From Candidatus Hadarchaeota archaeon (GTDB lineage: Archaea; CAYQAE01; CAYVLA01): a stretch of 64,000 nt of DNA. Below, one piece after another: positions 46,963-54,950 of the stretch. The stretch's first letter is position 1, and each line of letters begins with the position of its first letter. The stretch spans positions 106,922 through 170,921 of the forward strand of contig CAZUNO010000005.1 in NCBI GenBank assembly GCA_964621445.1, written 5' to 3'. A program made the translations under genes and the position numbers. The notes beneath the pieces were generated by a model, which saw nothing but the letters and a program-made list of their open reading frames with translations, was not told where the DNA came from and did no database searches.

Positions 46963-48226
46963 ACCCCTTTACTAATCCATCTACCCATCGCATAGAATAG
47001 AGCGGACACGTAGCCCAAAATCAGTGGTACAAGGGGGAAGTGGAACCTGCTGATCCCGATGGTGAACATGTAAACCATGGTCATGTAGGATATTATTGAT
47101 GGGCCCACCAGGGGAAGGGACGGGAATATTGTCCCTCTCCACCTGAAGAAAGCAAACATGGAGACCAGGAAGAAAATCATGACGACGAGGCAATAGTTCT
47201 GGGCCAGCCCCGTGTAATACCAGAAGAATACATCTGTTGCCTCGCCCTACCTAAGACTCTCCTCATTCCAATTCACCACCTCCACATCCTCCCTGTAAAT
47301 ATACATGAGCTTTCTTGGCCACAGGGCCACCGTCTTTCTAGGATGGGATATCATGTAATTAAAGGCATAATTCCTGGCCAGGACATCCCTACGATACGCA
47401 TCCTCTATCCACTGCGAGCCTAAAAGGGAGGAAATTTCCCTCAAATGGTAAATGGTATGTAGGTACCATTCGCATATGGGTTATTCCCGATCATCAGGGT
47501 AACCCCCGTTATTGGAGATGTACACGAATTGTCCGAAAACCAGGTAATTCCTAGCTATCCACGGGGAGATCACCAATACAATTACCCCGTAAACCCTTAG
47601 CAAATTCCTCAACATCTTTCCAGGTGATTTTTTCCTTGAATATCCATAGTAGGAGACTAAAACCACCCCGGCCAGGGGGAGGGTCTGGGCTTTCACCCAG
47701 CATGCCAGCCCAAAGATCATGCCCGATATTGCGAAATCAAAAACTCCCCTATCCATACTAACTAGAAAGAAGGTGCCCGGCAATAGGAGAAACAGGCACA
47801 GGATCTCGCATGAAAGAAGGGAACTATATGCGATATGGTTGGGGTAGAAGGCGATAATAAGGATCGATATCCGGCCAACAATCTCCGATCGAAATAATGA
47901 CCGCGTTAATCTATAGCACAAGAAGATGACGCCCATGTATAGCAGGATATTTGCTAACTTGGCCACCGAAACCGACTGCCCAAAAATAGAATATAGCATC
48001 CCCAGAAATGCAGGATACCCTACCGGCCAATAGGCCGTTGGTTCTCCTGCCTCAACGTAACCAAGCGCATTGGCAAGATCCACCCCCCGCAGGTGGTACC
48101 ACGAAAAATCGCTTATGGGTTGTACGGGCATCAGGTAAATCCATCACAGCCTGACAAAAAATGCCACAGAAAGCAAATGGGAAGGAAACTCCGGGAATTC
48201 AAGATCCTGCCCATAACTGAGACCAT
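46959..48226 (-). pseudogene. Disrupted GT39/ArnT-like membrane glycosyltransferase
   Basis: PTAYWPVGYP, PWIARNY, shifted GNNPYANGTY, SRFHFP; frameshifts near 48170 and 47500, in-frame stops near 48146 and at 47247. Confidence 0.85.
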
Positions 48227-48373
48227 ATTTTTGGCCGTGGAACTCAAGACAAGACATCCATCAATGAGAACCATTCAGGATCCTCGGATATTAGGTTGTC
48301 CCCCTCGGGAAACCTTTAAAGGATGTTTTTACGATTTTAGATTGGTCCCCAACATCACGGTGCTGGTATCCCC

Positions 48374-48745
48374 ATGGGTCTAACGAGCTTTGTCATGGAA
48401 TTGGGACATGTCGTCGAGAAGAACCTGACGAGCAAGGCTGTGCTAATTACCCTCATAGTGCTAGCTGCCTTGTTTCACGTAGTGTGCTTCATCCTCCTGG
48501 TAATACTCATGCTCACCGTCTACGCAAGGTCCCTTAAGGGACCCGTCCCCTTCATGCCCAAACACGACGAAAAGGAAACGGGTTCCATCATCTTAGGGCT
48601 TTCCCTTCTCGGCATCGGGCTTTACTTTCTGCTCAGAACCTATATCCCTGACCTGGGATGGCAAATAGCATTTCTTATCGTTGGGTCTTTCCTCATAGCT
48701 TTCGGGATCAGCAGGAGGAGCGAAATAAGTGAATCAGAGGCCTAG
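48374..48745 (+). CDS. Small membrane protein, LiaF/LiaI-TM-like
   Basis: IILGLSLLGIGLYFLL..W..FLIVG..LI hairpin pattern. Confidence 0.55.
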   Translation: MGLTSFVMELGHVVEKNLTSKAVLITLIVLAALFHVVCFILLVILMLTVYARSLKGPVPFMPKHDEKETGSIILGLSLLGIGLYFLLRTYIPDLGWQIAFLIVGSFLIAFGISRRSEISESEA

Positions 48746-48929
48746 GGGCGGAAAGTACCTGATTAGAGGCATGTTCGCAACCACCCTTGGAGCCATGTGG
48801 CTCATCTCCGCAAGGGAGCTAGTGTCCATCTCACCCCAGTTATGGATAGCAATATTCTGCATTGCCTTCGGCCTGGAAGTGGTTATAATCAGCCTTTTCA
48901 GGGAGAGAATGAGAGGTTCAGCCCCTTGA
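48729..48929 (+). CDS. Small 2-TM protein
   Basis: G.....LGAMWLI..LWIAIFCIAFGL; overlaps both neighbours. Confidence 0.55.
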   Translation: MNQRPRGGKYLIRGMFATTLGAMWLISARELVSISPQLWIAIFCIAFGLEVVIISLFRERMRGSAP

Positions 48930-49987
48930 GAGCGGATATCATATCAACGGCATTGGCAATCTTCATTTTTCTCCTATTCCTGACCCAATTTAACATCAGC
49001 CTGGCAACCGAAACATCCAAAGCACAATGGTCCATCATATGTGGAGGCCTATTCTTTTTGGCCTCTGCCGGATTTAGAAGCCGGAAGCCAATGATTAAGG
49101 CATTCTGCCAAATAATCTCAAGGTCCGCAACCCTTATCCTGGCCGCCATAATAGTATTCTCCCTCCCAATCCAGGCCTCCATGCTGTCGATACTACCAGC
49201 TCACCATGCTTCAACCCTCAACATTACGGAAGGCAACATATCCGGGCCCAGAGCAGTGCTAAGCCTGGATCTAGTGAATGCCGGCATCAGCTTTACCAGC
49301 TGGAATCGTTCCCACTATAGGATCGTCACCACGATGGATGCCCGAAGCATCACCAAGCGCGGGGCCCAGGACATACTCGATAAGTGCAATATTCAGGTTG
49401 ATCAATCCGGCGAAAACATCACCATCTATCTCTCCGGGCCAAAACGAGCTTGCCAGAAGGTCAGGGCGGATATCGAAGTCCAGATACCCAGACAGGTTCT
49501 CCCATCTCTAATAATAAGCGTGACCAATGGTACCATGCAGGCAAGGAACATTACTTGCGGAAGAATCGAGTCATGGATAGGAAGCGGAACCGTATCGGCC
49601 AGAGACCTCGAGGCATGGACGATGGATATCACCGTCGATAGCGGCCCCATAAACCTGGAGGTCGCGGCAAGGAAATTGGAACTGCAGACTATTCAGGGGG
49701 AGGTCCGCCTCAACTCAACCCGACCCCAAAGCGATTGTATAATCCACACCGTTGGAGGTAGTATAGCTGCCAGGCTCAACTATTCGGACCAAATCGCCTA
49801 CAGCGTCGAGGCGAATAGCATAGGGGGATCCATCAGGGTTAACCTAACCGACGTAGCATTCACAAAACAGAAGAGCGGATATGTTCTCGCCAGAACCAAG
49901 GACTACAAGAATAAAGAATTTAATTCATCCGTAGTGGCCAGAACAACGACCGGAAATATCACGATTTCCCAATTGGGCAGTAGTTAA
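48926..49987 (+). CDS. Membrane protein with DUF4097/Toastrack-like beta-repeat domain
   Basis: Three TM segments, then IEVQIP and repeats VTNGTM, VDSGPI, TIQGEV, TVGGSI, SIGGSI, TTTGNI. Confidence 0.75.
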   Translation: MRADIISTALAIFIFLLFLTQFNISLATETSKAQWSIICGGLFFLASAGFRSRKPMIKAFCQIISRSATLILAAIIVFSLPIQASMLSILPAHHASTLNITEGNISGPRAVLSLDLVNAGISFTSWNRSHYRIVTTMDARSITKRGAQDILDKCNIQVDQSGENITIYLSGPKRACQKVRADIEVQIPRQVLPSLIISVTNGTMQARNITCGRIESWIGSGTVSARDLEAWTMDITVDSGPINLEVAARKLELQTIQGEVRLNSTRPQSDCIIHTVGGSIAARLNYSDQIAYSVEANSIGGSIRVNLTDVAFTKQKSGYVLARTKDYKNKEFNSSVVARTTTGNITISQLGSS

Positions 49988-49990
49988 TTC

Positions 49991-50329
49991 TTATCTCCTT
50001 GATATTCCAAGTCGGGCTCTGAACTCCTTGTTGCTTATCAGTCTACCAATGAATTCCTTCAAAACTGGATTCTCATTTCCCCGGTGTTTACCCTCAAACT
50101 CCATGGCCTCCAGGGCATCAGTTGACTTCTTCTTAACAGCCTTGGCAAACATTCTCATGCTAGCTTTCTTGTACGTGGAGCAGCTCTCCTTGTAACAAAC
50201 CGCGGCCTTCTTCAAACATTCAATTCTTGCTTGGGCATCATTCTTCTCCTTATACGCCTTTACCATCAACAAATCAGCTTTACCTTCAATCTGGCTCGCC
50301 GCCATTACACTGGAAGAATCAATCTTCAA
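49991..50329 (-). CDS. Hypothetical basic helical protein
   Basis: SD AGGTGA before TTG; 112 aa, Ala/Lys rich. Confidence 0.6.
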   Translation of the reverse strand: MKIDSSSVMAASQIEGKADLLMVKAYKEKNDAQARIECLKKAAVCYKESCSTYKKASMRMFAKAVKKKSTDALEAMEFEGKHRGNENPVLKEFIGRLISNKEFRARLGISRR

Positions 50330-50420
50330 CGTCTCACCTGGTGGGTTCGCACCTCCCTACCGAAAACTCTTAAATTTTGTCCAAAGGTTCCTATTTCGAC
50401 GTGCGAACTCCGGCACCCCA

Positions 50421-51314
50421 TCACCGGCCGGACTCGGCAACTACGACCCCAATTATGATCAAGGCCGAGAAAATTGATTCCAGCTGGGAAATGGACTCCC
50501 CTAAAAAAACAAACCCGAAGAACAGGGCACAAACGGGAATCAGGAACAGAAAAGCAGCTGCTTTGGATGCTTCCAAACGCTGTAAAGCACCCACATAGCA
50601 GGCATAGGCGATAACTGTCGAGAATACTGCCAGGACCGAAATCAGGGCCATTTCGGATGGATTGAATGATATCATTTGCTCCACCGGCTCCACAATGGCA
50701 GTGAAAAAAAGAAGGGGCAGTGACCCACAAAGAGTGGCTCCCGTCAGAAGGGCCATTGGATTCATCCTATCCAGAAGAGCTTTTCTCACAAAAACCGTGT
50801 ATAGCGAATAGGTCACGGCACTCAAGGTCAGCAGTGTTATCCCCAGGACCGACCCGGTGCCTCCACCCTTGAAAACAATCGAAAGAAGAACCGTGCCCGA
50901 AAAGGCCATGGCTGCTCCAACTATTTTCCTGACTCCCAGGGCTTCCCCTAGGAGATAGGCAGCAAAAAGGGCAGTGTAAATGGGACCAGCTCCCTGAATC
51001 ACCCCCGATATTCCCGCCGTGAGATGTACCATCCCGTAATTCTGAAAGAGGCTGGGCAAAGTAGTGCCCAGAAAACCGATCAATATGAAAATCCGCCAGG
51101 GTCCAAGGGTCAGGATCTGGCCTCTGATCCTCTTAAAGGGGAGAACTATTCCCAGTAGGAGAACTGAGGCCAGCGTGAACCGCACGGAGGCCAAAACGGG
51201 CGGGGATATGCTTCTCAAACCCATCTTGATCCAGATGAAGGATGCTCCCCATAGTAATACCGCCCCAATCATCAGGGCAAAGCCAATGTACTCGTCTCTG
51301 GACCTTGGTTCCAA
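50421..51314 (-). CDS. EamA/DMT transporter
   Basis: LWGASF, RF, 10 TM segments, duplicated LGE. Confidence 0.92.
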   Translation of the reverse strand: MEPRSRDEYIGFALMIGAVLLWGASFIWIKMGLRSISPPVLASVRFTLASVLLLGIVLPFKRIRGQILTLGPWRIFILIGFLGTTLPSLFQNYGMVHLTAGISGVIQGAGPIYTALFAAYLLGEALGVRKIVGAAMAFSGTVLLSIVFKGGGTGSVLGITLLTLSAVTYSLYTVFVRKALLDRMNPMALLTGATLCGSLPLLFFTAIVEPVEQMISFNPSEMALISVLAVFSTVIAYACYVGALQRLEASKAAAFLFLIPVCALFFGFVFLGESISQLESIFSALIIIGVVVAESGR

Positions 51315-51420
51315 TTTGAAACGGAGGTAAAGGTAGCGTTAAATGTATTATACTTTGGTCGAATCCAACCTGTAACCTTTATTAAAAACCGCTGTCGGTC
51401 GAAGTCACGCGTGGTGTCTT

Positions 51421-52206
51421 ATGAAGCTTGCAGCTCAAGAAGACAGGATACCTGGGGATGAACTCTCCCAGAAACTGTCCAAAATGGAATCCTATGGCTT
51501 CCAGGGAATAGAATTCTGGGGCCAGAGTCTACCAGAAAGGGTTGATGAAGTTAAAGAGGCAATTGCATCCTCGACCATAGAGCCCTCGACCATCTGTGCC
51601 GGCTACAGTGGTTGCCTACTGGACAATGATGAAGGAGAGAGAAAGAAGGCAATGAAGGACATAAAGTCCCTGCTTCGGATTGGGGGAGAGATTGGAGTGC
51701 TGGGACTCATAACCGTACCCATCTTCGGAAAGGCCAGATTACCCAACTTGTCCCCTCTTAATTCATCAGTTGAGCTGGAGAAGGAGCTCCTGGTACTTGA
51801 GCTGGAGGAGCTCGGCAAGGTGGCCGCCGAAAACAATTGCACAATTCTGATCGAGCCTTTAAACAGGTATGAAACACACCTGGTTAAGACCCTTCAGGAT
51901 GCGGTTGAGATCCAGAAAAGGGTCAACCTGGAATCGGTCAAAATCATGGCCGACTTTTTCCACATGAACATAGAGGAGAGGGATATCCCCGAGAGCATCA
52001 GGGAGGCCGGGGAAGCAATCCATCATGTACACCTGGCCGACAGCACAAGACTTCTCCCGGGATACGGCCACACCGACTTTAAATCCGGATTTGAGGCCCT
52101 GAAGGAAATCGGTTTCGGCAATTACATGGCCCTGGAGTGTGGCGTGCCGGGCGACCCCGAGAAGGAGCTGCCCAAGAGCGTCGAATACCTGAAATCCTGT
52201 ATGTAG
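51421..52206 (+). CDS. Sugar-phosphate isomerase/epimerase (xylose-isomerase-like barrel)
   Basis: EPLNRYE, DFFHM, HVHLADS.R..PG.G, ALE. Confidence 0.92.
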   Translation: MKLAAQEDRIPGDELSQKLSKMESYGFQGIEFWGQSLPERVDEVKEAIASSTIEPSTICAGYSGCLLDNDEGERKKAMKDIKSLLRIGGEIGVLGLITVPIFGKARLPNLSPLNSSVELEKELLVLELEELGKVAAENNCTILIEPLNRYETHLVKTLQDAVEIQKRVNLESVKIMADFFHMNIEERDIPESIREAGEAIHHVHLADSTRLLPGYGHTDFKSGFEALKEIGFGNYMALECGVPGDPEKELPKSVEYLKSCM

Positions 52207-52216
52207 TGGTGTAAAT

Positions 52217-53182
52217 ATGACCATTAATGTCGGAGTAATAGGAGTAGGTGGAATAGCTCAGGGCCATCTCAAGAACCTCTCGCAAAACCCACTCTCCAAC
52301 CTAGTCGCAGTATGTGATGTCGTGGAGCAAAAGGTCAAAAGCGCCTCCCAGTCATTTGGAGCTTCAATGTATACCAACTTCGGGGAAATGATTTCCCGCG
52401 AGGAACTTGACGCTGTTTACGTATGTGTGCCTCCTCACGCCCACGGGGATATCGAAAGAACCGCACTGGAAAACGGCATCGCCCTTTTCGTGGAAAAGCC
52501 CCTGTCCTCGGACCCCGGAACGCCGGAAAAGATCGGCAAGATGGTGTCCAGTAAGGGGGCCATAACCAGCGTTGGATATAACTGGCGATACAGCGATATG
52601 ACAAAAAAAGCGCTGTGCCTGATGAAGGATAGAACGGTCGGCCTTGTAGTCGGTTACTGGATGGGTGGATGCCCGGGCGTCTCCTGGTGGCGAAAGAAGG
52701 AAAAATCCGGCGGCCAGCACGTCGAGCAGACGACCCACATATTCGATATGGCCAGATGTCTATCCGGGGAGGTCAAACGGGTATATGCTTCGGCTGGACT
52801 TCAGGTCATGCAGGAACACGTTGAGGGATTGGATGTCGAGGACGCTTCCGCCATTAACCTTGAGTTCGAGAACGGGGCACCGGGAGTGATAGTCTCAACC
52901 TGCATGCTTAGCCAAGGATACAAGGTGATGTTTTCGGTATTCTCAAAGGACCTTGCCCTTGAGCACACCCAGGGTTCCCTGAGGGTAACAAGACCGGGGG
53001 AGGAAACCACCTTCAAGTCGAAGGTCGACCCCTATCTGAAGGAGGATGAGGTATTCGTGGAGTCCGTGGATACCGGGGATGACTCCCATATACTATCCAC
53101 CTACGAGGACGCTTTAAAGACCCACAGAGTGACCATGGCTGCAAATAAATCCATAGAAACGGGAAAACCCGTTGATATCTAG
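52217..53182 (+). CDS. Gfo/Idh/MocA oxidoreductase
   Basis: GVIGVGGIA, PPHAH, FVEKP, GYNWRY, EQTTHIFD. Confidence 0.92.
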   Translation: MTINVGVIGVGGIAQGHLKNLSQNPLSNLVAVCDVVEQKVKSASQSFGASMYTNFGEMISREELDAVYVCVPPHAHGDIERTALENGIALFVEKPLSSDPGTPEKIGKMVSSKGAITSVGYNWRYSDMTKKALCLMKDRTVGLVVGYWMGGCPGVSWWRKKEKSGGQHVEQTTHIFDMARCLSGEVKRVYASAGLQVMQEHVEGLDVEDASAINLEFENGAPGVIVSTCMLSQGYKVMFSVFSKDLALEHTQGSLRVTRPGEETTFKSKVDPYLKEDEVFVESVDTGDDSHILSTYEDALKTHRVTMAANKSIETGKPVDI

Positions 53183-53190
53183 TGAGGTAA

Positions 53191-54276
53191 TCACCCGCTA
53201 AGGGAAAGGTCCTTCCAGACCTCATAGGCCAGCTTCTCGGTACCCTCCCTGCCTAAAAGGCCAATTTGGTCCTTCTTATCCAGATCATGGAGCCATGCCC
53301 AGCAAAACAAATGCAGGGGTATTCCCCGTTCTCGGGTTAGATTTGTTGATACCTGGATTATGAAATCGGCCTGGGCCTGCTGACCCCCAAAGCTCTCCGA
53401 TGAGGGCCACCCCAATTCGCTGAAGCCGAAGAGCTTCCCCGGCATGTAATCTGATGCTTTTAGATAATAGTCAGCAGGTATGTCTGATGGCCGATTTACT
53501 CCCTCAACAGCAAAGGGGTAGCTCGTGAGTACCAGGATATCCAGCTTTCCGGGATCAAACATCCTCAACACCTCCAGATCAGCCTCTTCATTTTCCGAAA
53601 CGATCTCTCTCGCGAAGGTACAGAAGACCTTGGTTTCAGGAGATATCTCCTTAACCGTATCGTAGATCTCTTCATAAAGGCTGACATAGTGCTGGAATCC
53701 ATTGGGATCACCTTTCTCGGCACCGTATTTCCAGTACCAGCGATTTACCTCATTGCCCAAGGACAAGTATTGGGGTTTGGAGGTCCTCACCGCGTCAATA
53801 GTGGCCTGCTTGTAGCTGTCTCTCCATGATTTATCAACAAGGGTTGGGGAATCCATTTCCGGCGGAGCAACCAGGCTAAGCTCGGGACCAATGAAGGAGA
53901 GGTGAAGGAGAGGAAACATGCCATTACCCCTGAGGAAGACCTCCACGAACTTCTCCCCCCATTCCCCGTCCAGATCCTTAGGAAGCCGGTAATAGGGAGA
54001 TGGCCTTCCCCAGACCGGTGAAAACTCGGCATGAAGAGAGGCCTGTTGATATGCCTCCTGGAAGGATTGTCCGCTTCCAGGTATGGGAAGGACTCCAAGG
54101 AAGAAACCCCTTCCCGGGACCATTACCGAATCCACTGGAGTTATAGTTCGGTCCCCGTCAAGGCAGCCGGATATCAGGACTACCATTACCAAGATGGGAG
54201 CGATAATACACACCCGATACCTTGTACTCATATATGAGGTCCATTGCAATGCCCTTGATGAATTTGTCACCTTCAA
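53191..54276 (-). CDS. Lipoprotein, clan GH-A-like glycoside hydrolase (likely start 54231)
   Basis: Lipobox ISGC, LGNEVN acid/base, TSYP, FSELGWPS nucleophile. Confidence 0.7.
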   Translation of the reverse strand: MKVTNSSRALQWTSYMSTRYRVCIIAPILVMVVLISGCLDGDRTITPVDSVMVPGRGFFLGVLPIPGSGQSFQEAYQQASLHAEFSPVWGRPSPYYRLPKDLDGEWGEKFVEVFLRGNGMFPLLHLSFIGPELSLVAPPEMDSPTLVDKSWRDSYKQATIDAVRTSKPQYLSLGNEVNRWYWKYGAEKGDPNGFQHYVSLYEEIYDTVKEISPETKVFCTFAREIVSENEEADLEVLRMFDPGKLDILVLTSYPFAVEGVNRPSDIPADYYLKASDYMPGKLFGFSELGWPSSESFGGQQAQADFIIQVSTNLTRERGIPLHLFCWAWLHDLDKKDQIGLLGREGTEKLAYEVWKDLSLSG

Positions 54277-54321
54277 ATTAATTCCGCATCCAAAGGCATG
54301 GGATATACCGGATTAAATGAT

Positions 54322-54870
54322 CTATTCAACTCTAATCAGATTCACATTTTCGCTTCCCAGAGGCCTCCCATCAAGGTACAGAATCTCGTTCCCTCTAAGA
54401 AGGGAGAGGGCAGCATCATTGGTCATCAAATGAAGGTAAATAAACTTACCAGAATCTATACCGCCAGATATGGTATCAGTTAGGAAACCGGAGAGAGAAG
54501 CAACCAAATCCCCAAGGTTTCCCGTATATGAGCTTTCCTTCTCCAGGATGATCCTTGCTTCGGTTTCATGGGATGATGTGAGCCTGGAGATACTAGCCAT
54601 TATATCCTCATGTTGAACCCATTTATCGATGGGGACCCATCTCTTTGTATACCTGAATTTTTCTTCCTGAATATTGTAAAGGAAGGCCAGACGGGCAATG
54701 ACCTCTCGGGGGTCCTCCTCCGTCCTCAGTCTATAAACCCCGGGCGTATCATGAGCCACAAATGAGCCCTTGGTTTGTATTAGGGAAAACACGTCCTCTA
54801 CCTCAATTTCCGCTTCCAAGGGATAGGAGGAGTCAAAAACGGCGATCATGTTTGCCTCATCGCAAGGCAT
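54322..54870 (-). CDS. Stand-alone THUMP-like protein
   Basis: PGVY..T..DPREVI, FRYTKRWVPIDKW, LSLL...EIL. Confidence 0.6.
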   Translation of the reverse strand: MPCDEANMIAVFDSSYPLEAEIEVEDVFSLIQTKGSFVAHDTPGVYRLRTEEDPREVIARLAFLYNIQEEKFRYTKRWVPIDKWVQHEDIMASISRLTSSHETEARIILEKESSYTGNLGDLVASLSGFLTDTISGGIDSGKFIYLHLMTNDAALSLLRGNEILYLDGRPLGSENVNLIRVE

Positions 54871-54950
54871 TAAGCCTTGAAATGTCAGGGGAGCATGAAA
54901 AGGCTTTTCGAACTACTTGAGATCTGCTGCGAGATCCTCGGTAAAGTCAT

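Noticed and set aside
47247-47249. Pyrrolysine or selenocysteine read-through of in-frame stops in the GT gene
   Set aside because: The same gene has frameshifts and both TAG and TGA lesions; other genes end normally at TAG and TGA
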